Source: Dudresnaya verticillata | Lineage: Eukaryota | Assembly: GCA_977862235.1 (NCBI GenBank) | Contig: OZ374562.1 | Location: forward strand, 2,046,001 to 2,110,000 | Reading direction: 5' to 3' | DNA: 64,000 nt | Shown: positions 35,770-49,741 of the stretch, piece by piece | How positions within the stretch are numbered: the stretch's first letter is position 1 | How the letters are laid out: every line of letters begins with the position of its first letter | The notes under the pieces: model-generated | Told to the model about the DNA's origin: nothing | What the model saw: the letters and a program-made list of their open reading frames with translations, nothing else | The model's database searches: none | Made by a program: the position numbers and the translations under genes

Positions 35770-38677
35770 ATGCAAAGAAACTGCTTGGATGCCTATTCTG
35801 GATCAGCGTCGGATCACGGTCGGGGTTTCGTTACACTCCAACTGCATTGTAGTCAAAAAATGCGCTGGAGTGCCTGTCCTCGGCTTTCGTTCATATTCAA
35901 ATGGCCCTGGAGCAATTTCTCTGTTGCTCCGGCAGCCGTCCGCACGATGTTCGCATTGTAACCGGCCGGAATGTTTCGACCTCCTTCCAACCGCTAACAG
36001 CGACTGCTTCTTTGCTGACGCCCGTCAGCGAGCTCTCGGCAGTAGCCAGGGTCACCACCGTGCCTGGCGTCCGAACTACGTCCAATGTTCTCATCCATTG
36101 CATTTTCCCACCTCTCACACGAAATGCGATGGCATTAGTAACTGCAGCCGTGACAGACCGTATACGCAAAGTCATCACCCCGATACCCAATCCCCAACTT
36201 GCGTTTGGACCGCGTTCATAGTATCCATTATCGTCGTAACCGATTTGTTGACCATCGCCATTGTACCTATTCGAAGTTCGCATCGACGCATTCACAAACG
36301 GCTTTTCATCTCCGAGAATATTCTTGATAATGTCTCCAACCGTCAGGTGGCTCGATTGATCCCAACCCAGAGCGCGAATTAAAGTCTTCAAACCAGAAAC
36401 ATTGTTGCAGTCTTCTGCATTCAGCACTGCGTCAAGAGCAGACCTCCAATCATCCTCTCACCTTTTCGCGGTCGTGACGGATCCCGACCTATTCCTGGTG
36501 GACAACAAAGCAAAGCACGTCATCCCGGAAGGATCGTGTATGTACATGATCCCAGCCCCTCTCCTTGACCACAAAACAACGCTGTCTGTAACCGATTGAT
36601 TTATTTCCAGAACATTTTCAACCATCTTGCAGGAGTACGGCACAAAGTGGAAGCAGTTGTAGAGATTACTATCCGTGACAGCAGCGAGGCGCATTAAGGA
36701 CAGAATGTAGGAGTTTGAAACATTCTTGACGATTTTCACATCTCCAATTACGTTCCTCAGCTTCTCAATAGTTTGAAATGGAATAAAAAACGGCCTGGAC
36801 CATACATAAGCCTCCAACAACCACAAAGTTCCAACTTCAAGCCCTTATACTGTTTCTCCATCCTATTCGTGCAACTAGAAACACCTTGCACGTGAAGCTA
36901 CCTGTGGCCGTAGTACAGGACCAAATGAATCGGTACCAGGAGCCTGGGGAGCTGTTGGAACTCTTTCAGTCATTCAGGTGTTCGGAAGTCGGGCTGCAGA
37001 ATATATCGACGTAGAGCATCGATTTCTCGGTTCGAGCAGTTATCCACTGCAATCCAAATGTTGTACATGCTTCGCTTGTGAAGTTCCCGGAAGAATACGG
37101 GCCATTCGGCAAATTCAAATGGCATTCTATCACTCACTCTGTTCTTCTGCAGCAGCAGGGTTTCCATAGTGAACTCCAGATCACCACAATTGGTCACCAA
37201 GACGTCCAGGGCACAAAGATGGTACGCCTCGAATCCGCCACGAAAAAAGTAGGATCGCAATACATCATGAACGGAACACGAAAACGAGGCTGTTCACAAC
37301 ACTCTTGTCATGTTTGTAGCGATACCAGTGCACACCGCAAGCGACGAAAGATACTTCAGAAGAGCTAGCTCTTGGGTTGTCATTGTAAAGAACATTGGTC
37401 TTGTAACAGAGAACCTTTGCAATGGCTCATGGGCCTACGGACACACAACCCGCAGGTGAAGGTGATTCAGCACTGACGGCGGCCCTCTCCTATCGGAATA
37501 AATCACATTTGTACACCTCGTACGTAGGTACGGCGCGATCCGTTTCGACAGGATAACCAATTGGGTGACGCTGCTTCCAAACGAAACGACTGCGGCCTCT
37601 CAACGCCAACCTAAAGGGCATACTGGAGGACAGATGAAGGCTGCTTAAACTCCATAGTTATATTGAGGTCATGCGTATCTGTACTCGTTCCTTGATCTAC
37701 TTCATCCGAGGCCTGACCTGCGCTAATAAAACCGACCGGAAGGCCTACCGCAACAGATCTATCTGCTGCAGAAGGTCCAGGATGCCCGGCTGTGGAATGA
37801 GGCGCTCTTGCAACTACTCCATACGAAACTGGCGTGACAGAGGAAGCAGGCTCAGATGGATGACAAGGCACAAAAGGGGATAGATGCGGAGGAAATAGAA
37901 CCCTGCGGGGGAGCAGCAGCGATCGGTTCAGTGACTAGCGTCAGTGTTGCGGCGCTATCAGGCTCAGTAAGCTCGCGTTTATCTGTTGTTGGTACACTAG
38001 AATCGAGCTGCAGTATCAGTGGTGCAGCAGGAGCGGCGGACACCACAGAGGGAACAGCGCTGAAACTCGACTTGATCCTTGCGTAGAAGCACGGGCCCTT
38101 TCAGCAGCGGCAGAAGCAAGTGCAGAGGCGATCAAGGTAGCGGAGAGTTTTAGTGTTTCCTGTGTTGGAGGCGCGGCGGCAGAAGATGTCACGGAACTCA
38201 CAAGAGACGGAGAAGTTGTAGCATGTCGACGTGATACAGTACTTCCTCGAGCACTTCCCTTAACGGTGGAACCAAACGGGACAACCGGTGTAGAGGCGAG
38301 CTGCGGTATGCCTTGTGTAGCCGGCGCGACGGAAGGCAGCGCAGAAAGCTGCAGAAACCACAGCGGAAGCAGGCGCAGGATCTCTACTTTATCCATGTCT
38401 GCAAATTGCACGGAGGGAGCAGCCCTAGAAACTCGACTTCCTGCATCAGTAGACCCACGGGCCGTTGCAGCATCGGTAGAATGGCGCGGAATGTCGTCCG
38501 CAGTAGAAAAAGCGTCGGTATTGTCCTTGGAGAAGGCGCCGCGGTGGAAGCCGGCAGGAAATTTAACACGGTGGAGGAAGCTCGGTGAAACCCAGCTGCA
38601 GAAGGGGAATCAGATGCGTCGGTCATGCGCTGATCGAAGGCTCGATCGTTGGAGTACGTAGTCGTGCGGGCAGCCAT
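35770..38677 (-). pseudogene. Decayed homolog of the antisense accessory ORFs of A and C
   Basis: Fragments 36970-37260 and 36458-36826 join as DFRTPE*LKEF...VLYYGHR*L...WLLEAYVWSRPFFIPFQTIEK; S/A/P-rich upstream part; outer limits uncertain. Confidence 0.6.
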
Positions 38678-40801
38678 GGTAGCGCGCTGTGCCCGCCAGT
38701 GCGGAGTGGACGTCCTATCTGATAGCGCAACTGCCTTGGGCTGATGATTGCGTGGTATGCAGCTGACACATATGGGTTTGGGGGTCTGGCGTGGGTTGGT
38801 GGGCTGGGTGGGTGGGAGGCGGGTCCACTGGGAGTCAAAACCTGTGGAGTGGAAACAGCCACGGCTGACCTGTAGCTCCCCCAACCGTCATCTGCCACCT
38901 CGCAGCACCGCATGAAAAGCCTCAGCTCGAAGGTTTCATTGATCCCGTCGTGGTTGTACTGTATGCCTTCATTGTGGTACTCTATTCTACCATTAAATTT
39001 GGGTATTCCTTAACGTAAAGAATTAAAATGTCTTCTGGGGGATATCTGTTGTACCCAAGCACCCGCCCGCGGAGGCGGATGGGTGATGCAGTGGTTCACC
39101 GCTGCGCCGTAGATTCCGGGAAACTGCGTTCGACTCCCGCCAGGTCTCATGGTTCTACATTTTTTCTCAAGGATTTTCCCCACCGGGGTTGTTTGCCCAT
39201 TCTTCTCATGGAGCCGGCTGGACTACCTCCAGATTACGGGTGTAAGCCCGTCTAGTCTACAATATACAGTAGATATCTGGTTGGTAGGACGTGTGCCTGC
39301 AAATGGGCCTTAGTCGCCCGCGCAACTGCACACGTTAAAGATTCAATAAAATACAACATCACATGGCAGGAATGCTTAGAGGCGAGAGGCGAGGGTTTCG
39401 TTCTATCATTAGCATCGAGAAGGCCTTTCATTCCGAAGTAGCCGTATCTGCTACTTCATCGCTGCTGCTCTATCGGACGCTGCTAACGTTTAGATTTCGA
39501 CGGACCAAGTCACGCGCAGTAGTGCACGGGCGAGCTTGCGACGTACGTCCCGAATCAAACACTGCTGAGATCCACACTGGCTTTCATTTATATAGTGAGG
39601 TGTTGTGTCCGTAATTGCGCACGGAATAAAGGCTATGTACAAGAAAAGACTAGTTCATTAACCTCACAAGAGTAACGCCTAGCGCGTTGGTGCTTTTGCG
39701 ATACGGGTTCCTTGTGAAATTGCTCACGTAAATGTATCTCTGGTTTCTATTGTAGTTCTAACTATTGTATGTGCAATTGCGCACAAAACGAAAGCTATTT
39801 ACAAGTACTCAAGAGACTTCTTAACATCATGACATAGTCAAGGTATTCACGCTAGAGACACTACCAAGCGCTACTCCCGAGCGGGAGTAGGAGGAGACCG
39901 GACAAGAAATCTTTATTCGACAGAACTGTTTTCTGTACTTTGGTGTGACAAAGGAGCAGGGAATCCGCAGCGGACAAATTCGCGGAAGGGTCAACCTCGT
40001 GCGGTGACCGCCGTCCCAATGGAAAGCTTTGCTGCTGTTGACGGCCGCGAAGAACGGTCTCCTTGCTTAAAGATACGAAGCCCGCTGCCACGAAGCGCCA
40101 AAAAGGGCCAGCTCTGGGTCCTTGTCTTTACCGAATAGGGTCAGCCCTGCCGTCGTCTCTCACGGAGTTTGCAGTTTCTGTTTCTACCTACTTTTCACGC
40201 TATGGAGTAGCCGGCGGTGCTGACGGTGCCATCTGATGCTAACGAGAAGCTGCAGGTGTTCAAGGGCTCGGAACTCATCTCTTACTTCCGCTCGCTCTCC
40301 CGGAAACACCTACTCAATTCATACATCGAATGATCAACTCCTGAGGAGCTATTCTCTCTAAAAGAGTCGTTTAGAGATATTCTGGTCGAGCCCGGATTCA
40401 AGGCCGTCAACTGTGCAACAGCGGAGAACGGGTAAGGCGCTAGCAATGGAGATTAGCCGTATTTGGGAGAGTGCTGAAGGCGAGAGTGCTGTTCGATTAG
40501 GTGTCGGAGCAGCTATCGATCCCGTCTTGTCTTTGTGAAGGAGCGGCCGCAACGTGCATCGCACGGAATTGCCAAGGTCTTAGACTCTGTCGGCGTTATA
40601 TTTGATCTCGAGGACCCACATAAGAAGTTTGGGTATCGCGTTCCGGCAAAGACAGCTGCAAAGCGCCTGCTCTCAATTTGGAGCGCGGCAACGTCCCCGG
40701 ACACTGTCGGAGGTTCATAGGATGGTTTTTTGAGGTGTCAGGTGGAGACAAGCTGTCTCTTTTCCGCAAGAAATGGTCTACCGGTTTAATGCAGTATTTA
40801 A

Positions 40802-41636
40802 CGTGGCATAGCTGTAAGACCAGATGTGCCACGCACGCGCAGCTGTAAGACCAGCTGCGCCACGTGTGCACCGCTGTGCGCACGCTGTCAGCCTGTGGCG
40901 CCGAAGCCCAGCTGAACTGTAAGGAAGTGCGCAGTAGCGCCCGCGCATGCACGTGTACGCGTGTGACACTGAACTCCCATTTAATTTCTACGTTTATTTT
41001 TGTGCAGTGTACAGCACTGTCTACTGTAAGCGGCGCTCGAACGCCCTGCTGTCCCGCACGCCGTGCGCGCGCACTCAGGCGTGGAGCCGTTGAGTGCGTG
41101 ACACGCGCGCGCGTACTCCGGCGTCGAGCCGGTGAGTACGTGTGGACCGTTTCGCCCACGCGCGCCGCCGGGTTACCGTTACCCGTACGCGTCGACGCGT
41201 GTCGGGGCGCGCCGGCGCACCTCCCGGGTTGGTGCCGCCGCAGGCCCTGTAATCTATTTAGTAGTCGCCCCTCCGGGATTGAGTGAACAAGGCAAGCCAG
41301 GCTACGCCAGGCTTGCCCTTTCTGCTTTGGGCTTCTTTCCCAGTCTTTGCGCTCTACGGCCTCCTCTTTCCCTACCCGCCTAGGCTTTCTTTTTCCTTTC
41401 CCTACCGTCGGCTTTGTGCCGCCCCACGACGGGGATGCAGGGATCCGCCCGCTGCCGCCCGCGTACGGTAAGACCCGTGCGCGCTCAGGCTTCGACGCCG
41501 TTGAACCGCGACCGTCAACAGCGCGCGCAGCCGACACCACCGCTCTACCACCACCGCTACCACCCTTCGACGGGTCTGGGTGCGACTACGAGACCAGCCG
41601 CGCTAGACGTCAGTTCGACCTGACGTCTATGCCACA
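40802..41636 (+). repeat. Family-X solo LTR
   Basis: CGTGGCATAG...CTATGCCACA; TSD TTTAA/TTTAG. Confidence 0.93.
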
Positions 41637-43088
41637 TTTAGGTGCAGATGAGGCCGCACGTCTTGCCAAGTTTGCCTCAGGTGCTTCTTGGGAGGGCTCA
41701 CCGAAGGCTATGAGGTGTAGCTCTGTGCTAGATACCATGTTACGAAAGGTTGGCAGTTCTGTGAGGTCTGGTCCTACGTAGGCTCATCCCGCTCGCCCGA
41801 ACAAAATAGACGTTCAGGAGATCGAAAGCTCACGCTCTAGCACGGATGAGGGTGAGGGGATAAGCGTTGATGATTTGCGTGAGAAGCAGAGGCCTGTATC
41901 CAAGTCTGGCCGCCAGCAGGGCCGCAAGAATGCAAATAATTCCAAACGCACTGGAAACTTCAAAGCTGCGAGGGGAAGCCGATATTTATTGTTGCGCACG
42001 GGAGAAGGGCAGGCGGCAAGCGGCGGGAGCTCTGGGTCGTCTAATGACTCAGAGTCAGACACCCTGGATGATGCTTCGTCCGGCGAAGATTCGGATGGGA
42101 GCGCTTCTCTCTCGCCAGACATAAAGGGGTTGAACCGGAGGCAGAGACGCGCATATCAACATGAACCGAAACGTTTCTGGCGCGTGCTGCACCACGGAGG
42201 GACCGGCTTCGTAACACTATATGAGCTGCTGTGCAATCATTTTTCTACCCCTTCCCAACTTAAGGCCTTTTCGGAAATATATCAGGAGCAGCAGAGAGTG
42301 ACCTAGCATGTCTGCAACGCACGCGGGCTGGAGGTATCCCCGCAGGACTGAGGGGATCGCTTTACCTATTTCCATCTCCACCAGCTTTGACCCGAGAGCG
42401 GCGGTCGGGCCTGGCACTCAGAGCCCCCGACTGCATCGCCCCTTTCGAGGTGGAGAGCTGGCCCACCAACGGCTCTCTGGAAGCTCATGTGAAGCAACTC
42501 GCGGCAATGATAGGATCAGCGGAGAAAGAAAATGGGGACGGCCATCTCGCCCGCACACTTCTCGTGGTCGGCCTAGCACTGTCGTCTCTGTTCGACGAGT
42601 TCCACCCCCACCATCTTTCCTATTGAATTCCATTCGAGAGAATCGTGCGGCACCTCGTCATAATCGAGAAATCTGTGAACCTCGGTGGAACGCTCGAAAA
42701 GAGCGGACTTCGAGGCCTCCAATATGGAGTTCATGGGGATCGGGAGCGGCCAACGGGCCCAAACGCGCCGGCAGATGAGGAATTAAAAGAGATTTAGAAT
42801 CATGGGCTATCAGGTTCCCTTCCAGCCCGAAATTTTGAGAACGAGGAAACTACCGAAATCGCCTCCTCCATGCCTTAGGGTGGTTGGGATCTGGACGCCT
42901 TGACACGTATTGCAACCGGCTGCGTCTTGGAGAGATGCTCCTAGAAGTTGTGTCACAGAGGGCTTCGATGACACTGCAAAGCGTACCGTTGCGCTCAATG
43001 CGGCTGTACAGTGCTTTACCAACTCAGAGGTCAAGCGCGCAGCGGACTCAGGATATTGGACTGGAGCAGGTAAGCAGCGAGGCGATCA

Positions 43089-44747
43089 ATGCCTCCTAGA
43101 TCACCGACTAATGGCAATACTCGCCCGGACCGAGTCGCTACTGCCGGTTTCCGGGACATTTTCTTCCCGGAGGACTACTACAAACTGACCGAGGAGCAGT
43201 TTAACCTACCCACCGAGGAACGGCCGTCGTGGACCGAGTTATCCGGTGAAGACCTTTTCTTGTATTTGAATCAGGGACACTATCCAGCCCTTCTTGGAAA
43301 GATGTTGCCCAGCGTAATGCTCTGTTTTAAGGAACCGAGTGCCGCGGTTGCGGAAACTTCCCTGTTTGGTGTGTCGAAGAAACCGGTAGTTAGCCAGCTC
43401 TTAATATGGGATGGCACGCGGTCTAACATATTTTGCCGCCCAGCCGCCAATGCAGTTGATCTCCCCACTCCGTATCTGTTTTCGGACTTGCTGATGTTGC
43501 GGCCCCGGAGGTTGATAGCGCGCCTAGCTCCAATTTTGTCGTACCATGTCTACATTGCTTCAATATGGGCATCACATTTGCGATCCATCTGGCGCAAACT
43601 GCTTCGCTGGCGCTGGTACGGCGTTCGGGTCTGGGGGCAAGGTACTGCTCTCCGACGGGGATAACATGCTTCGCTGTGAAAACGGAGTACGGCTGGTGTA
43701 CCTGCAAGACGTTAACACTATAGGAAGTTGTCGTGCACAGGTGAATCGTGAATGTGCCAAGCTCGCTAAGACACTGGCCGAGCACAACCTGCCCGACGTT
43801 CCGAAAAACGGCAAGTCACCTCTCGTATGTCACTGGGTGTCGCTTTAGGGCTATGGTGGTGACCGCTATGCATCCTGACCGTCAAGTCCGCTTTTTCACG
43901 GAGGCATTTAGAAGAAGCGCAGGACATGTTGGCACGGGGATCCTTGAGCTCTCGGTAGATTCATTGATTACTGGGAAAATGGACCGGGGACTGTTTGCTT
44001 TGTCGGAGTCTGCTATCGACGGTGAGTTCTGTTTACGGTATTTTCCCCCTAAGCCGTCCGATGAAACACCGCCCCTCTTCTTCGCTTCGCAATTGTTGGA
44101 GCTTGTAATGTTGCTCGACATTTTCCCTTTTATGTTTATGGACCTCCGTGAGAAGGAGAGCTTCCCCATGTACGCCACAGACACCTACCCCTCTGGGCGC
44201 CGTTACGTATTGTGACTTAGGCTCCCACGCGAACTCGCGTTTGCTTTCTGTCATACAAGAGACCCAAGTTCGAAAAGGATGGTGCTCCTCCTTGAACGTC
44301 ACGGAAGGTCTTACATTTGTGGAATACGTCCGAGATGTGTTGGCCGGTCGACCTCCGGCCGGTTGTCATCCCTTGAACGTGTCGCGCGTTTTCCGTGAAA
44401 CGCTCTCGCGAGCCTCTTTCAAAACGGCGATTTCAACACCATGGAGGGTGCGCAACGAGCATTTATATGTATTGGAAACGGAAGATGCATCTTTAGCGGT
44501 TCGCCACATGCGCCTCTCGCCGACCACGGTCGGCAGACGTGTGGCGCTGCTGCTTGACAGCACTGCTGCCTTAGGAGCGCTTTGCAAAGGCCGCTCGAGC
44601 TTTCGGAAGTTGAAAACTGTGTGTCGTCGCATTTCTGCTGAATTGGTTCCCGCGGACGTCCGCCTTGACTTCTATTGGGTCCCGTACAATCTAAATCCCG
44701 CCGATGGACAGTCTCGTGTGCGACGTTCCATGCCAGCGTATCAGTAA
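43089..44747 (+). pseudogene. DIRS-type RT and RNase H, frameshifted
   Basis: LFGVSKK...QLLIWDGTRSN; VYLQD (decayed YxDD); EHLYVLE...LLLDSTAALGALCKGRSS...WVPYNLNPADGQSR. Confidence 0.85.
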
Positions 44748-44759
44748 GATGGTGCCGCT

Positions 44760-45366
44760 TGCTAGAGCTTCACTCAAGGCCGGAACTTAAAGAGCCTAAC
44801 GACAAGCTGTGGAATATTTCTGCGCCTGGCTACAACAGAACCGTCCGTTCGCCTCCTACCCAGATCAGGTCGACGACGCCTTGGTTGAATATATGATATA
44901 TCGTTTCGATGATGGTCCGCGCCGTGGATCCCACCAGCGCGCCGTCAACAATCTGTACGGCATCGCGTTCTTCCATGCACGACTAAAATGGACGCTCCAG
45001 CTGACCCGTCAAGCGCTCGAGGGGTGGAATTGCCCTGTGCCCGGACAGTCTCCCTCACCGCTCTCTTGCCAAGTTCTACCTGCAGTATGCGGCTTTCATG
45101 TGAGACGGCAGTGCCTTGACTAGGCTCTAGCCTTAAACTTAGCGCACCACAGTTACCTACCATCGATGGAACTATTGTCCTTGCGTGTACGCTATCTCGC
45201 GTTTCCAGGCGACGATCGTCTTACGGACAACTTGCAACCGCACCGGACCGGATGCCTGGGCAAGGAAGCAAAAACCGGAAAGGACCAGTTCGTCCCTCTT
45301 GATAACCATCGCCTACTTAGAACGCTGCAAACATGGATCCAGCGACGCAACACGAATGCCCGGTAA
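44760..45366 (+). pseudogene. Tyrosine recombinase, truncated
   Basis: VDDALVEYM...RQALEGW...HSYLPSMELLSL (decayed LRxxE)...AKTGKDQFVPLD; catalytic C-terminus not seen. Confidence 0.75.
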
Positions 45367-46219
45367 CACTTGGCTTTTGGAGGCGATATCCCGGAGATTT
45401 GACTTCCCCCCGACTTCGCTGCGTCGCGCTCTCAGCGACTCGAGAACAGATGTCCGCCAGGCGCCCTTAGACAACAAATTGCTCTTCATCATCATGCACT
45501 CGGGCCCTTCTTCTATTAGGAAATTATCTGCTTCAAGCTCCTTGGGCTGTTCTCAACTGCCCCAGATCTTGGAAGAGGAAGATTTCTCTCGCGCAGTGCT
45601 ATTAGTAACCGGAATATTCGCGGCCTGCCTGCTCTAGGCTACAACCGCGCGGAGCGATGTTTGCCCAAACTTTAATGAAAGCAAACTGCATGACCCTTGT
45701 TCGAGAAATAAGAATTTCGAGAGGACCTCGTGATTATGCGCACCACGATGACATTCTCATTACAGTGCATTACTGTATCCGAAATCGTTGGGACCTCCTT
45801 GTTTTCCCATTACTTCTTGCGCGAACGACTCAAAGGCCCACCATGCGCGTGCGCCCACGTGCACATTTCTGGCGTGATGCGTACCCGCCACCATACATGA
45901 GGCGATGGTTCGCAGGCTCTGAGGCCGTTACGTGTTAGTTGGGTGTGAGCCGTTTCCCGAGTTGACGCGCATTCGTACCCGTGTACATAGAATTAGATCG
46001 TCTAGCTTGACCTCCGAGGTAACCCGGGTAAGAAACCATCGCCTGGACTTCGGAGTCTTCTGTAAACTCTTTTTGTTCGTGTTTCGGTCTTCCAGGGCGT
46101 GTTAACAGATACGGTTGAGTCACGCTTTCGATAGCATCTCTCACCCGGTTTATCCCGTGTGATCGTTAGGCCGCAGTTCTCCCTTCCGCACACGCATACG
46201 TTGACACCGTGGTCCTTGG

Positions 46220-47166
46220 TGTAGTGCAAAGGGTGAGCCTTTTCTTTTTCGCTCTGAACGTATTATTTCAAGATGGAATCAACCGACGAATATCGCCGGC
46301 GATGTGGGCAACCGTCGTTGACGCGAACACGTCCCAGACGTAAGCCTCTGGGAGCACCTGAGGCAAAAAAGGCTCACTCGTGTGCGGACGTTGTGTTCCG
46401 CGGGCCACGCGCGCGCGGCGGTACTGTACGGCGGCGCACATGGGTGCCGGGGCACTCTATGCCAGCCATGGCGCGGATCCGGGTGGGCATTGGGATCAAC
46501 GGTGGCATGAACCAGCAAGGATGGCCGGGATCCAGATTGGATCCGGATGGGACATCGGGATCGGGTATCGGGATCCATGATGATGTAAGACGCACGCCTG
46601 TAATGCTGTCGCACATATAATGCTGGCGCGGATCGGGATCGGGATCAGTATCGCACATGCCACACCGCGCGCGCGCCTGTAAGGAGTGTGTGGCCGCATG
46701 TGCGTGTGTAAGAACTCAAATGGGACGGCACGCGGCAAATCTGCAAGACGCACGGCTGCATCCCGGCGACAAATCTCTCAGACACACAACGGGAGAACAC
46801 GTGTGCTGAGTTCCCGCGCTCCACACTGCCGTCACCCACGCCCGTGTTAGTAGTAAGACTTAGGTAACCCGTCTACGACGTTACAGCATACTGCGATAAG
46901 CTGGCCTTGGTCCAGACTACCCCTCCCGCGTCGACTCGTACTCAACTGCTGCCTTGAGGCCAAAGCGTCTACATTGCCTTACTACAACGTCTGCTACCGT
47001 CAACGCCCTGTTTCTCTGTGGGTTTTCTCGTTAACTTTTCTTCCGCCTTGGGCATTTACAGTCCGCCCCTGGGGTGTATCAGTTCTACCAAGCACCGTGA
47101 TAGGACTCGCTACCCACCAGATCCTCGGACTAATCGGACATGCCGCGTCACAGACGGTTTGCACCA
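46220..47166 (+). repeat. Solo LTR related to the element A LTRs
   Basis: TGTAGTGCAAA start; blocks shared with A (TTTTCGCT..GA.CGTATTAT, GGGACATCGGGATC, TGAGTTCCCGCGC); TSD CTTGG; terminal CA missing. Confidence 0.9.
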
Positions 47167-48385
47167 CTTGGCGTCGGTCCCCGGCTCTACCACGCCACCA
47201 TCTTATTCATTATCTCCATGTTTTCGTGCTTCCTTACAGCTGCGAGGCTTTTCTATGTCTCTGTGGTGTACGCATACGTTATTCCACATATTTAGCCCCA
47301 GCACGCCAATACCGCCACCGCAGGGCCTGGTGATGACGTGGCGCCACGATGGTGACGCGGAAACTTGTAACGGTATCGGTGTTTTTCGCATTGCTGTTCA
47401 CTGCTGTACATTGCTGTGCGGCAGTGGAGCGCACCAAACGCAACGGAGTACTCGCCGTATTTAATTTTAATTTTTAGAGAGTCTCGGTGCAATCCGTAGT
47501 GTAGTGCGATAGCCACTGAGAATGCTGCTCATGTCCGTGTCGGAATCGGGGATCTCTAGGGCCGATTCCACCACCAGTCCAGACCACTGGGGTCTGGCCT
47601 GCACGAATGCAGTAGTATGACGCGGTGAGCCAGTAGTCCGCTAAGTTGCAACGACAACTGTTCTGAAACGCACATACCCTATCTCGGGTAGCTCGGAAAA
47701 AGGGGTTGATAGATACTTAGGAAACAGGCGAATAAGCCTAAAGGAAAGGAAAAAGGGGCGGCGCCACCATAGTGCACGCAGAGTACATAGTCGTACGATA
47801 AGGGCTCGTAAAGGACCGGAAAGAGGCTAATGTACGGTGAGCCCGTTTCAGTCCAGACAAAAGGGTACAGACCCGAAACCCATCGTGGGTTCTATTCAGC
47901 AGACCCCTGCTAGCCAGGGGCACAATAAATATGTCGAAGGCGCCTTAGCCACTTTCGTCCTTCTCCGTTATTCCTATTCTAAGCTATCCAGCTAGCATAA
48001 ATAATTACAGTTAATGAATTAGCGCCCGTACTCCGTCCTCGCGCACGTAGAATGCCCCTGAGGTTGGCGCGCTCCTGCGCGCACAGCCATGATTAATCAG
48101 CAAATCACATCAAGCCATCTCACGGCCATTCTATCCATACTGGAGATGTGGAAATCGGAAATCGGAAAAGACTAAATCATACGTGGTTTCCGTGATTTCC
48201 GCTTGTGCTCCATTCTATACAACTTGTAATTGGAAACTGCAATTTGGTAGTGCAGTCGTCGAGTTGCACTCGGCTCTCCACCTCTACCCTTTTAGCAGAG
48301 TGCTCTACCTCATTCATGGGGTGATGAGTCGGCAATCATCCGTGGACCGACCATCCTCCACCAGTTGCTATAGTACTGTGCCCAT

Positions 48386-49653
48386 ATGTCTCCCTACAGC
48401 CGAGTTTTTAAAGGCCGTGTCAAGAAAGCTATCAACAGGGCAGTTATTCGAAGGCAATATGCAGCCCCTGAGCGGCTTGCTGTGCTAGGAGCCACAGTCC
48501 TAACAGCTATCTTGGGCCCTGTGCTGCATCGTAGAGATGGGCGCTCAGGGCGCTCCGTCCGGAAGCGGCTTCAGTTTGACTTTCCCAAGCATATTGTGGA
48601 CATAGGAGAAGAACATTTCGAGCGTTTGTATCGGCTATCGGTCGTCCAGTTCTACATTGTGCTAGAGCTTATAAGACCGTACTTAGACACGAACAATGAA
48701 CGCTTGCCAGTGCATGGCAAGATACCTCTAGAAGTTTGTTTGTGCATTTCGATGCGTCTTTTAGCGGGAGCGAGCTATCTTGATGTTGGATGGCCCTACG
48801 GAGTTGGCCCTGCCACTGTGTTTGTTCTGTTTGACAAAACGTTGAGTGCATTGGACAAAGGACTCCCCAAAATATCGTTTCCAGCGACATCTGTGGAGTG
48901 CAGACGTCACGAGGAGGCCTTCAAAGCTAAACGAAGAACACCGTTACAAGGGATTATTTCTGCATTAGACGGGATTGCAATTGCCATCAAACAGCCCAGG
49001 CTTTGTGATGCGCCGGACCCGAGAAAATATTTCAATTGCAAGTCGTTCTACTCGCTTTGTGTGCAAGCTGCAGTCGGTGCAGACTACAAATTTCTTTTTG
49101 TTTCCGCACGACACGCAGGTGCTACACACGATGCAACAGCATTCAGAGCATCTGGTCTGTACAGGATTTTGGAGAATGGTATACTTCCAAGGTGGTGTCG
49201 AATTGCTGCGGACGATGCGTATTCCAATGGAGGACACATACTTACGCCGTACAGTGGAAGAGGTTTACCACAGATCAAGGATGCTTTCAACTTCTACCTT
49301 TCATCCTGTCGAATTATTGTTGAGCAAGCGTTTGGTATGTTGGTTTCTCGCTTTGGAATCTTCTGGTCGCCACTGCGTTTCAAGCTACCCAAATGCACAC
49401 TTGTGATTCTGGTTGCGTGCAAGCTTCACAACTTTATTATTGATACCGATAAGGAACGCTATTTCAACCTCTGCAAACCGCTGCGGATAACGATGTTGCA
49501 GGAGTGCCCACTGTATACACTCAATATACTTTACACATGGAAACAGAAATGCAGAGGAGTCGACAGAGGAAACGAGAGGAATCTGAGTCACGTGATGAGG
49601 CTGCCGCTCGTTTGCAAAGACTGGGATACTTAAGACCACGAATGCGAAGATAG
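48386..49653 (+). CDS. Harbinger transposase (DDE_Tnp_4 type); probable frameshift near 49470
   Basis: ALDGIAI, GATHDATAF, IAADDAY, FNFYLSSCRIIVEQAFGMLVSRFGIF, ACKLHNF; alternative-frame tail ends RLGYLRPRMRR* at 49653. Confidence 0.93.
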
Positions 49654-49741
49654 TACGATTGGTAAATTGTTTCGCTGACTCCTACAGTTGACGAGTTAAG
49701 TTATCGACAAGGCGCTTCACAACGTCCGCGAATGCAGCCCT

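Larger units (their letters stand above)
40215..45366 (+). mobile_element. DIRS-order (tyrosine recombinase) retrotransposon remnant
   Basis: ORF1-like fragments followed by RT, RNase H and tyrosine recombinase on one strand; termini not identified. Confidence 0.8.

Noticed and set aside
39600..39830. Imperfect direct repeat (AATTGCGCAC...GCTAT.TACAAG) as a DIRS terminus
   Set aside because: No matching copy at the other end of the element; too degenerate to call
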